Notes under the pieces: model-generated
The model's database searches: none
Seen by the model: the letters and a program-made list of their open reading frames with translations, nothing else
Told to the model about the DNA's origin: nothing
Part shown: positions 53,273 through 64,000 of the stretch, piece after piece
Layout: each line of letters opens with the position of its first letter
How positions within the stretch are numbered: position 1 is the stretch's first letter
Assembly: GCF_006345805.1 (NCBI RefSeq)
Contig: NW_021836169.1
Span: forward strand, 2,628-66,627
Length of the DNA: 64,000 nt
Source of the DNA: Octopus sinensis
Taxonomy: Eukaryota
Reading direction: 5' to 3'
Position numbers and translations under genes: made by a program

Positions 53273-53316
53273 AACACAGCATTTCAGCTGATACCCTCCA
53301 GCCTTCATCAGGTGTC
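53273..53316 (-). ncRNA. Degenerate type I hammerhead, separate family
   Basis: GACAC-CTGATGA-A-GGCTG-gagggtat-CAGCT-GAAA-TGC-T-GTGTT; U16.1 replaced by C. Confidence 0.55.
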
Positions 53317-53371
53317 TGGGGAAATTTCGAACTGGGTTCTCATCCTAAGGTATTTTTCGATTGTCGTTATT

Positions 53372-53580
53372 ATTATTATTATTATTATTATTCAGGTCAC
53401 TTTACATTGAACTCAGAATTTGGGCTTAGTAGCCCACGCTCTTAACCCCACGTGGCTCAATTATGGGGTGTGATTTAGGGCTTATAATTTTAGGGGTTAA
53501 GAGCATGAGCTGATACTAACTCAAGATTCCGAGTTTGAGTCCAGGCAGTGACCTGGATAAAATAATATTATAATAATAAT
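53372..53580. mobile_element. MITE with imperfect TIRs between (ATT)n and (AAT)n
   Basis: TTCAGGTCAC / GTGACCTGGA and GCTCTTAACCCC / GGGGTTAAGAGC. Confidence 0.65.
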
Positions 53581-53609
53581 ACATGAATTATTTATTTTTT
53601 TTATACCTC

Positions 53610-53653
<44 letters not shown>

Positions 53654-54393
53654 ATCCTCATTATATATATACACACCTATATTATTATATTTTATATATG
53701 TATGTATAAGTTGGAAATTTACGGAAAAACAAAAGACCAAGAACCACATTTATCAATTTCATTTTGATAAATCGTTTTTCGTGTAACTTTCCATGCTCTG
53801 GTATGGGTTGGACGTTTTGAACAGGGCTGGTGAACCAGAGGCTGCACCAGGACTCACTCTAATCTGGCACCAAAGCTTCTACCACTGGATGCCCTTCCTA
53901 ATGCCAGCCACTTCGAGAGTGTAATGGGTGCTTTTTACGTGCCACCAGCACAAGGGCCAGTCAGGCAGTACTGGCAATGATCATGCTCAAAAGGTGTTTT
54001 TTTTTTACATATCATCATCATCATCATCATCATCGTTTAGCGTCCGTTTTCCATGCTAGCATGGGTTGGACGGTTCAACTGGGGTCTGTGAAGCCAGAAG
54101 GCTTCATCAGGCCCAGTCAGATCTGGCAGTGTTTCTACGGCTGGATGCTCTTCCTAACGCCAACCACTCCGAGAGTGTAGTGGGTGCTTTTTACGTGCCA
54201 CCAACACGGGGCCAGACAGAGCTGGCAAACGGCCACGAACGGATGGTGCTTTTACGTGTCACCGGCACGGGGCCAGGCGATGCTGGCAAACGGCCACGAA
54301 CGGATGGTGCTTTTACGTGTCACTGGCACGGGGGCCAGACAGAGCTAAACAACAAACAGGTGTATTAGTTTGATGCACGGGAAGGTGAGAAAG

Positions 54394-54432
54394 TCCTTTA
54401 CGTTTCGAGCCTATGCTCTTCATCGGAGAGGA
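54394..54432 (-). ncRNA. Minimal type I hammerhead, best-preserved CCGAUGA-family copy
   Basis: TCCT(C)T-CCGATGA-A-GAGC-atag-GCTC-GAAA-CG-T-A-AAGGA. Confidence 0.65.
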
Positions 54433-54930
54433 ACACGAGAAAATTATCAGAGAGAGAATGAAAAAAATTTTAGGAGCCAGCAGTCAGTGTACACATGCCT
54501 GTGGCACGTAAAAAGCATTCAGTCCACTTTGCCAGTTGGTTGGTTGGTTGGTTGGTTGGTGTGATGAAGGCGGACGTTAAACAAAGACGATGATGATGAA
54601 AGTATACTGGTAATGTGTGAAAGGTCAGTCAGTATCCATGAAGCCATTTTCGCAGAAAAAACTGAAGTGGTTGTACAGAGAGGATAGCAAATGGCACACA
54701 ACACTTCTACCATTGTTAGTGGTGTGTGTGTGTGTATGTGTGTATGATATATGTATGTGTGTGAGATACACACATATACATATATATCTACACACACACA
54801 CACATATATACACAGATACACAAACAGGCACACACACATACAAATACACACACACATTCACATATACTCTTTACTCTTTTACTTGTTTCAGTCAGAAATG
54901 TTAACTGATCTTTTCCACTGTGAAAGAGTG

Positions 54931-56524
54931 TATACGAAGTCTGATCAATAAGTATCTTGACTGGTGCCTTTGTGGCGGAACTAAAGCACGCAAACTGAAA
55001 TCACTTGGTAAAAATTGACCTTGGACTCTTCTGTGTATGTACGGTAAGTTTTAAGGTTCTAGCTCACTTCTGCTGTTTACAGCAATGCTTGGAAGGAAGG
55101 TGTGTAGCGTGTGATCATCACGTTGCCCATCACAGAGAAAGTTGCAGAAAGAGTATGGAGAGGAGTGTGGAGTGGTGGAGGCACTCCGTCGGTTACGACG
55201 ACGAGGGTTTGGTTGATCCGAAATCAATGGAACAGCCTGCTCGTGAAATTAACGTGTAAGTGGCTGAGCACTCCACAGACACGTGTACCCTTAACGTAGT
55301 TCTCGGGGATATTCAGCGTGACACAGAGAGTGACAAGGCCGGCCCCTTGAAATACAGGTACAACAGAAACAGGAAGTAAGAGTGAGAGAAAGTTGTGGTG
55401 AAAGAGTACAGCAGGGATCACCACCATCCCTGCTGGAGTCTCGTGGAGCTTTTAGGTGTTTTCGCTCAATAAACACACATAACGCCCGGTCTGGGAATAG
55501 AAACCGCGATCCTGCGACCGTGAGTCCGCTGCCCTAACCACTGGGCCATTGCGGAGAGGAGTGTATGAGCCACACACAATAGTATGAGTGGTTCAGACGT
55601 TTTCAAGTCGGCCCCAAAAATGTCGATATTGATGAACGTTCTGGGAGACCCACAACCAGCAGAACTGAGGAAAACATCACAGATGTGTGTGTCACTGTGA
55701 CAGGAAATCGTCAAATCACCATCTGTGGGTTATCAGAGGATGTGAAGATTAATTATTGTTCAGTCCATTATCACTGAAAATTTGGGTATGAGATGCGAGT
55801 CTGCCAAAGTTTGTGCCAAAACTGCTTTCAGCCAACCAAAACGACACTCAGGGTTTCATTCTGTTCTCCAAGATCTTCTTGACTGTTGAGAATGATGGAA
55901 ACTGTTTGAAATCTTTGGGTAGGCCTTTCAGCAGGTATCACCAAGCTTTTGGCAAAATCTGATGCAGATATTTGCCAGCCCCGCCTGGCCCCCGTGCCGG
56001 TGGCACGTAAAAGCACCATCCATTCGTGGCCATTGCCAGCCTCGCCTGGCCCTGTGCCGGTGGCACATAAAACCACCATCCATCCGTGGCCGTTTGCCAG
56101 CTCCATCTGGCACCTGTGCGGGTGGCACGTAAAAAGCACCCACTACACTCACGGAGTGGTTGGCGTTAGGAAGGGCATCCAGCCGTAGAAACACTGCCAG
56201 ATCTGACTGGGCCTGGTGCAGCCTTCGGGCTTCCCAGACCCCAGTTGAACCGTCCAAGCCATGCTAGCATGGAAAGCAGACGCTAAATGATGATGATGAT
56301 GATGATGATGAATCTCTGCTCAACTTTCTGTCACGGTCGATCACACACTACACACCTTCCTTCCAAGCACTGCTGTAAACAGCATAAGTGAGCTAAAAAC
56401 GTTAAAACTTAGTGTGCATGCACAGCAGAGTTCAAGGTCAATCTTTGCCAAGCAGCTTCACTCTGCGTGCTTTAGCCTTGTTACTATGGCAACAGTCCGT
56501 ATACCTATTGATCAGACCACACGC
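54931..56524 (+). mobile_element. Mariner-derived element with about 220-bp long inverted ends and an N-terminal transposase remnant
   Basis: TA|TACGAAGTCTGATCAAT start, inverted copy at about 56295-56524; YEWFRRFQ..DERSGRPTTSRTEENI..FVPKLL at 55565-55850. Confidence 0.75.
55169..55552 (-). mobile_element. SINE family 2, tail type a
   Basis: 12-bp TSD GGAGAGGAGTGT at 55157-55168 and 55553-55564. Confidence 0.92.
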
Positions 56525-57214
56525 ACACACACACACACACACATATATATATACTTTTTACTCTTTTACTTGTTTCAGTCATTTGACTGTGGCCATGCTG
56601 GAGCATTGCCTTTAGTCGAGCACATCGACCCCAGGACTTATTCTTTGTAAGCCCAGTACTTATTCTATCGGTCTCTTTTGCCAAACCACTAAGTGACAGG
56701 GACATAAACACACCAGCATCGGTTGTCAAGCAATGCTAGGGGGACAAAAACAGACACACGGACACACACACGCATACATATATATATATATATATTATAT
56801 ATATATATATATATATACACATATATACGACGGGCTTCTTTCAGTTTCCGTCTACCAAATCCACTCACAAGGCTTTGGTCGGCCCGAGGCTATAGTAGAA
56901 GACACTAGCCCAAGGTGCCACGCAGTGGGACTGAACCCGGAACCATGTGGTTTGTTAGCAAGCTACTTACCACACAGCCACTCCTGCGCCTATATTGTAA
57001 ATATTTGAATTAATTTTTACAATCCAGCCGTCCTTTCATACGGAATTTCGTCTAACTTTAAACCATGACCCTGAAGTAACTTATATATATAAGAGAAGTA
57101 TTATTGTGTGTATATATATATATATATCAGAAAATGTATATAAGTTGAAACAATTTGTTGGCCTTTTATGGGTTTTTAAAAATAATTGCTTATGTTATAT
57201 AATATTAGGATTAC

Positions 57215-57495
57215 ACCTAGAAAGTTACCCTCCTAGACACAAGCCTGGGCAAGGTTGTTTATGGAAGACCAGCAGTCGCCCATGCATACTGGTCTCCCCT
57301 CTCCATGCCACCAGTGTTATCCAAGGGAAAAGCAAAGGGGCCGATACAGCTTGGCACCAGAGACGTCGCAACTCATTTCTACAGCTGAGTGAACTGGAGC
57401 AACGTGAAATAAAGTGTCTTGCTCAAGGACACAACATGCAGCCCGGTCCAAGAATCGAACTCACAACCTCACGATCGTAAGCTCAATGCTCTTAC
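57215..57495 (-). mobile_element. SINE family 4 (tRNA head + CORE-like domain)
   Basis: Reverse strand GAGTTCGATTC B-box then GTGTCCTTGAGCAAGACACTTTATTTCAC...CAGCTGTAGAAATGAGT. Confidence 0.75.
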
Positions 57496-57631
57496 AAAGA
57501 GGGAATGAGAGGGATAGAGAGGGAGGTAAGGATGGATATGCATATATACGTATGTATAAATGTGAATATATGTAAATATATATATACATATATATATATA
57601 TATCAATAAAATTGAATAGAAGATCTGAATA

Positions 57632-57677
57632 CCACCTGATGAATGTCCTTAGAAGAGACACGAAACAATTGTAGTGG
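57632..57677 (+). ncRNA. Minimal type I hammerhead ribozyme motif
   Basis: CCAC-CTGATGA-A-TGTC-cttagaaga-GACA-C-GAA-AC-aatt-GT-A-GTGG; predicted cut after A57673. Confidence 0.75.
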
Positions 57678-57792
57678 CGAATTTAATTTTATTTAAGTTA
57701 TATAAAATTTTTTATGTATTGGATTAAGTCTTCTTTGTTTGATTTGCATAATAGTGGTTTTGTCTCTAATTATATTATATATATATATATAT

Positions 57793-57852
<60 letters not shown>

Positions 57853-57986
57853 TTATATATATATACCGGAGTAAACACATAAATGTGAAACATGGTGGAA
57901 AAAAGAGTACTCAAATACCAGGGGTAGAGTAATATGCTTTATTTAAATAAAGTATATATATATATATATATATATAGTTATGTATA

Positions 57987-58764
57987 TACAGGGTGCGATA
58001 GGTAAATTGTTGCCATTTTATATTTTTAATTTCGTGCATCTGCATTGTTTATTTCTGATTTTGTTGACTACACAGTTTAGTAGGGTCAGTTGGGCACCAT
58101 CTGTGAGAAAAACAGCACCATCACTCTGCCAGAAATTTGGGAACCACATGGTGTGCTGCTTTGTATTTGCACTGGAAGCTCCAAATCAAATGTCCAGTCA
58201 GCAACATGATGTGTGGCGTGGTCACTAGTGATGGTGATGTTATGCCTCCATTCATCAGACCTACATCAAATGCCTGGAGGAGGTTGTGCTGCCCTGGGTC
58301 AAGAGGGTGGTTGCTGGAAGACCTTATGTCTGGCAACAGGACTCTGCACCATGCCACACAAGCAGGAGAACCCAGTCATGGCTGTCAGACGATTCATGCA
58401 ACCACATCACCCTTAACATCTGGCGACCTAACTCCCTTGACTGCAACCCCACTTGATTATTATATGTGGGGCACAGCTGAGCAAGAGACCAACAAAACTC
58501 CTTGTAACACCAAATATGTACCCTAAGGCAAGGATTATGGCTGTATTCACCAACTTAAACAAGGAAACCATGCAGAAGAGTTGCAGGAGATTCCGAAGTC
58601 GTCTGGGAGGCCGTGGTTGGAGCCAATGGCGATTTTATTGAATAAATTTACTCTTTAGTATTTCAAGATATTTTTATGCAATTTTGGGAAATATATCTGT
58701 TAAAATGAAAAGTCAGTGTTATTTTCATTTTAGCATAGTTTAGGCAAGAGTTTATTCAAAACAC
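57987..58764 (+). pseudogene. maT/DD37D-like Tc1-mariner transposase remnant
   Basis: GVVTSDGDVMPPFI..VLPWVKRVVAGRPYVWQQDSAPCHTS..W.PNS.DCNPLDYYMWG..SCRRFRSRL; starts TACAGGGTG. Confidence 0.85.
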
Positions 58765-59010
58765 CACATGGTTCCGGGTTCAATCCCACTGTGTGGCACC
58801 TTGGGCAAGTGTCTTCTGCTATAGCCCTGGGCTGGCCAATGCCTTGTGAGTGGATTTGGTAGACGGAAACTGAAAGAAGCCCATCGTATATATGTATGTA
58901 TATATATATATAAATATATATATATGTAGGTCCCGGGTTGAGTCGGGGTTAACCACAGTAAATAAGGTACTCAATAGATAGCAGAGTAAATTAATTTATT
59001 TTATAGAAGG

Positions 59011-59061
59011 AGCTTCTACAGGACTAGAACTGTTTCATTCAAATGAAATCATCAGGAAGCT
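59011..59061 (-). ncRNA. Type I hammerhead ribozyme, minus strand
   Basis: Same fold with loop II attt; predicted cut between 59017 and 59016. Confidence 0.8.
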
Positions 59062-59108
59062 TCCTGATGATTTCTTTTGAATGAAACAGTTCTAGTCCTG
59101 TAGAAGCT
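59058..59108 (+). ncRNA. Type I hammerhead ribozyme, plus strand
   Basis: AGCTTC-CTGATGA-T-TTC-tttt-GAA-T-GAA-ACAG-ttctagtc-CTGT-A-GAAGCT; predicted cut after A59102. Confidence 0.8.
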
Positions 59109-59994
59109 CCTTCTATAAAATAAAATATATATTATATATATATATATATATAGATATATATATGTATGGTATATGTTTGTGTGTCTGTGTTGTCCCCCCC
59201 TAGCATTGCTTGACAACCGATGCTGGGGTGTTTACATTCCCACAATATAGCGGTTCTGCAAAAGAGACCGATAGAATAAGTACTGGGCTTACAAAGAATA
59301 AGTCCGGGGTCGATTTGCTCGACTAAAAGGCGGTGCTCCAGCATGGCCGCAGTCAAATGACTGAAACAAGTAAAAGAGAGTATATATATATATTCAATTC
59401 AAGGACCAAACAATTAAAAAAAAAACAGAAAAAAAGAAAAAACCAACATGAGGATGTTCACAAACAATTATATTAATTTGGCGCTCGGTGAAGGGGGGAG
59501 GTGTTGTTAAGTTTTCAAGCAAGGCTTTTCGTCGGAAGAGAGGGAAGTCCGATGAGTAAGGAGGGAAAATAGAGAAAAACTCACCCACAATCCACAGGTC
59601 GTTAAGATTGTGTAATTAACCCGGAACCATGTGTTTGGGAAACATGCTTCTTACCACACAGCCAAGCCTGTGATATTATATATGTATATGTGTATATGTG
59701 TGTGTGTGTGTGTATATATATACACACATACATATATACATATACATATATATATGTATGTGTGTGTATGTATATATACTCTTTTACTCTTTTACTTGTT
59801 TCAGTCATTTGACTGCGGCCATGCTGGAGCACCGCCTTTAATCGAGCAACTCGACCGAGGGACTTATTCTTTGTAAGCCCATTACTTATTCTACCGGTCT
59901 CTTTTGCCGAACCGCTAAGTGACGGGGACGTAAACACACCATCATTGGTTGTCAAGCAATGCTAGGGGGACAAACACAGACACACACACACATA

Positions 59995-60920
59995 CATCAT
60001 CATCATCATCATTTAATGTCCGCTTTCCATGCTAGCATGGGTTGGACGGTTCAACAGGGGTCTGGGGAGCCCGAAGGCTGCACCAGGCCCAGTCTGATCT
60101 GGCAGTTTTTCTACAGCTGGATGCCCTTCCTAACGCCAACCACTCCGAGAGTGTAGTTGGTGATTTTATGTGCCACCGACACAGGTGCCAGACGAGGCTG
60201 GCGAACGGCCACGCTCAGATGGTGTTTTTTTTTTGTGCCACCAACACAGGTGCCTGACGAGGCTGGCAGACGGCCACGCTCGGATGGTGTTTTTTTTTTG
60301 TGCCACCAACACAGGTGCCTGACGAGGCTGGCAGACGGCCACGCTCGGATGGTGTTTTTATGTGCCACCGACACAGGTGCCAGATGAGGCTGGCGAACGG
60401 CCACGATCGGATGTTGTTTGTTTCGTGCCCACAGCACGGAGGCCAGTCGATGCGGTACTGGCTACGGCCACGTTCGGATGGTTTTCTTGTGTGCCACCGG
60501 CACTGGTACCATAAAGATACAAATTCCATTGATGTTCATCTATTTTATTTTGATTTTCACTTTCACTTGCCTCAACAGGTCTTCACAAGTGTCACAAGAA
60601 GGAAGGTATGCACAGGTGGACTGACTACGTCCCAGGTTGGGGCCACGGATTATGGCCTGACTAGTCTTGCCGGGTCTTCGGATGGTGTTTTTATGTGCCA
60701 CCGACACAGGTGCCGGATGAGGCTGGCGTACGGCCACGTTCAGATGGTTTTCTTGTGTGCCACCGGCACTGGTACCACAAAGATACAAATTCCATTGATG
60801 TTCATCTATTTTGATTTGTTTTGATTTGATTTTCACTTGCCTCAACAAGTGTCACAAGAAGGAAGGTATGCACAGGTGGTCTGACTATGTCCCAGGTAGG
60901 GGCCACGGGTTAAGGCCTGA
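59995..60920 (-). mobile_element. RTE-type 3' element with internal repeats and a tandem duplication
   Basis: (CAT)n tail, 5 or more internal units, about 230-bp segment duplicated near 60450-60680 and 60690-60925. Confidence 0.75.
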
Positions 60921-61001
60921 CTAGTCTTGTGTAGATATATATATATATATGTGAATGTATGTGTGTATTTGTATGTGTGTGTGCCTGTTTGCGTATCTGT
61001 G

Positions 61002-61047
<46 letters not shown>

Positions 61048-61530
61048 TGTATATGTGTGTATCTCACACACATACATATATCATACACACATACACACAC
61101 ACACACACCACTAACAATGGTGAAAGTGTTGTGTGCCATTTGCTATCCTCTCTGTACAACCACTTCAGTTTTTTCTGCGAAAACGGCTTCATGGATACTG
61201 ACTGACCTTTCACACATTACCAGTATACTTTCATCATCATCGTCTTTGTTTAACGTCCGCCTTCATCACACCAACCAACCAACCGGTAAAGTGGACTGAG
61301 TACTTTTTACGTGCCACAAGCATGTGTACAGGCTTCTTTCAGTTTCCGTCTACCAAATCCACTCACAAGGCATTGGTCAGCCCGGGGCTATAGCAGAAGA
61401 CACTTGCCCAAGATGTCATGCAGTGGGACTGAACCCGGAACCATGTGGTTGGTAAACAAGCTACTTACCACACAGCCACTCCTGCGCCTGGTTGGATTAA
61501 TCCAATATATATATATTTTTCGTAAACTTT

Positions 61531-61581
<51 letters not shown>

Positions 61582-61638
61582 TATATATATATATATTATA
61601 TATGTATATATATATATATATGTGAGATCCCTAAATTA

Positions 61639-62840
61639 TATTTAATGGAGCTTGTGTAACCAACAGGATTTCTGTGTTGGATTACCAACAGCCAATAGAA
61701 TTTCTTATCTTCCTTGTTTTAATCCACTTAATCCACTTAGGAAATCCACTTTACTACCCTAAATTAATCATTTTAGGGTAGTAAAAAATTCGATAGAAAT
61801 TTATCACTACCAGCGGCCCAGTGGAAAAGAAAATTACATATGTATATGTATATATACATGTGTGTATATATATATATGTATATGTATATATACATGTGTG
61901 TGTGTATGTATATATATACATATATATATATATGTATATGTATATATACATGTGTGTGTGTGTATATATATATATACATACATATACATATATAGATACA
62001 TATTGATTTTGATTTTGATTTTTCCAGTTTCAGCTTATGAGCTGTGGCCATGCTGGGGCACCGCCATTTGGTCTTGCTACTTGGTTTCTCTTCATGGAGG
62101 CTTTCTAGCAACTGCTATTTGGTGCATGAGAGAGTTCGATGCAGCTGCCCTCATCTGCCCCTCCTGCCGTGATGTTGGTTCATCTGGGACACCTGACAGG
62201 AAGAGATCCAGCTTCATTTTAAAGACATCTGTATCCATATATGTATATGACATCTGTATCCATAAGACATCTGTATCCATATATGTATATATATACATAT
62301 GTGTGTATATATATATATATGTATGTATATATATATATATATGTATATATATGTGTGTATATATATATATGTGTGTGTGTGTATGTATATATATATATAT
62401 ATATATATGTGTATACATATATATATTTATGTATGTATATTTGAATATATATATATATATGTATAAAACAGGCTTCTTTCAGTTTCCGTCCGCTACCAAA
62501 TCCACTCATGAGGCTTTCGTCAGCCCGAGACTATGTCAGAATACACTTTGCCCGAGGTGGGTGCCATGCGGTGGGACTGAACCTAGAACCATGTGACTGT
62601 GAAGGCAGCTTCCTAAACACACAGCCATGTCTGTCTGTTCATGTCTCTGTCTGTTCATGTCTGTCTGTCTGTTCATGTCTGTCTGTCTGTTCAAAAAGGA
62701 ACTAACTCCGAAAGAACAATGGGGGGCTTTATTCTTCCATAAGTGGATTAAGTGGATTAAAACAAGGAAGATAAGAAATTCTATTGGCTGTTGTTAATCC
62801 AACACAGAAATCCTGTTGGTTACACAAACTCCATTAAATA
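61639..62840. repeat. 101-bp inverted repeat pair (61639-61739 / 62740-62840)
   Basis: TATTTAATGGAG...AATCCACTTAATCCACTTA against its reverse complement; 2 differences seen. Confidence 0.9.
62003..62228 (-). mobile_element. CR1/L2-like LINE 3' end
   Basis: [18 protein letters not shown]...[11 protein letters not shown], then GGCGGTGCCCCAGCATGGCCACAGC and a (TCAAAA)n tail. Confidence 0.75.
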
Positions 62841-63204
62841 TTAATTCTCCTCGGGTAACGGTAGGATAATTCAACTTTCTGAAAAGCGCTCGACCCCTGT
62901 CATTTTTAAGGGATTTGTCACACCAGTTATGGAACAAGTCCAGGGTCCGGATCTGGTACGGATTAGTTTTTTGGGAATATATTACACGCAACATGATTGG
63001 ACCTTCGATCTGGAACCCGAACTACACTCAATCAACAACGGGATTCCACAAATCTCCGAGGACCCACATCATAGGTAGGCTGACCAATCACAACACATTG
63101 ACATGATTTGAATGTGTGTTTGTATATGTGTTTGTATATGTGTGTGTGCGTGTGTCAATATTTGTATGTATGTGTGTTTGTGTCTATATATATATATATA
63201 TAAA

Positions 63205-63400
63205 TGCTCCACAAGGCTCCGGCAGGGGGTGGCGACCCCAGCTGTACTCTTTCGCCACAACTTTCCCTCACTGTTTCTTCTGTTGGCCTGCTCACTTAGC
63301 CAGTGGGGTGGCGTCATTTGAAGGTTAAAACAATGCGAAGAGCATTGTGACCAGCGATGTGTAACAACATCTGATAGCCTGGTCGGTCACGGTGATCACG

Positions 63401-63405
<5 letters not shown>
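63205..63405 (+). mobile_element. SINE family 2b, 5'-truncated
   Basis: Matches 2300-2507. Confidence 0.85.
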
Positions 63406-63443
<38 letters not shown>

Positions 63444-64000
63444 ATGCTTGTGTGTAGATATGTGTATGTGTAGGTGTGTGTATACGTTTGTGTAGGTATA
63501 TGGATATTTGTGTGTATATCTCTGTTAAAATATGTATGTGTATAAGTGTGTGTATGTATCCCTCTCTCGTTCTCTCTCTCTCTCTCTATGTATATATATA
63601 TATATATGTGTGTGGGAATTGTAGATATACATATATTTGTGTGTATATATCTCTGTATATATATATACACATATATATAATATGTATATATACACATATA
63701 TATACATATATATATATACATACATATATATATAATATATATATATATAATATATATGTATGTATATAATTATGTATGTATATAATATGTATGTATATAT
63801 ATATGTATGTATATATATATGTATGTATATCCCTCTCTCTCTTTCGGAGAGGCACACACAGCTATACGCACACATACACACATGGGTAACGTCCGCCTAC
63901 CGAATTCAATCACAAAGCTCCGGTCAGCTTGGGTCTATAGTAGAGGACACCAGCCCAAAGTGCCATGCAGTGGGACTGAACCCGAAACCATGTTGTTTGG

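Larger units (their letters stand above)
58995..59124. repeat. 130-bp spacerless palindrome (one mismatch, 59044/59075)
   Basis: Arms checked base by base; centre AAGCTT 59057-59062. Confidence 0.97.
58765..59385 (+). mobile_element. SINE family 1 carrying the palindromic insert (58925-59124) in its internal (TA)n
   Basis: Head 58765-58890, tail half 59170-59385. Confidence 0.88.

Noticed and set aside
54085-54115. CTGATGA-AGCC-ttct-GGC on the minus strand of an RTE-type copy
   Set aside because: Followed by TTCA, not GAAA; other copies read CCTGGTGCAGCC.
62860-63080. Possible RT fragment (SINNGIPQ)
   Set aside because: Single partial motif with no neighbouring RT motifs in frame.

Overview
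Repeat-saturated animal DNA, probably intronic or intergenic. The SINE/LINE landscape and the density of (CA)n/(TA)n/(TATC)n microsatellites suggest a coleoid cephalopod (Octopus-like); this assignment is an inference. No recognisable intact gene is present, and most ORFs in the track are microsatellite translations. Supported content: about 30 copies of a tRNA/CORE-type SINE plus three other SINE families; 3' ends of RTE, L1/Tx1, CR1/L2 and RLE (R4/Dong/NeSL-like) LINEs; Tc1/mariner/maT transposase remnants; MITEs; and a 6.4-kb same-orientation Helitron stack (5733-12131) containing a PIF1-type helicase fragment and a 22 x ~157-bp satellite built from a Helitron 5' end. A few low-complexity candidate exons are possible (best 37861-39104). 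The main unexpected signal is nine type I hammerhead ribozyme motifs of the Penelope-like (PLE) kind, from at least four families. The highlight is a 130-bp near-perfect palindrome (58995-59124) that encodes a complete hammerhead on each strand, with the two stem I strands overlapping at the AAGCTT centre. All folds were done by eye; none has been tested.
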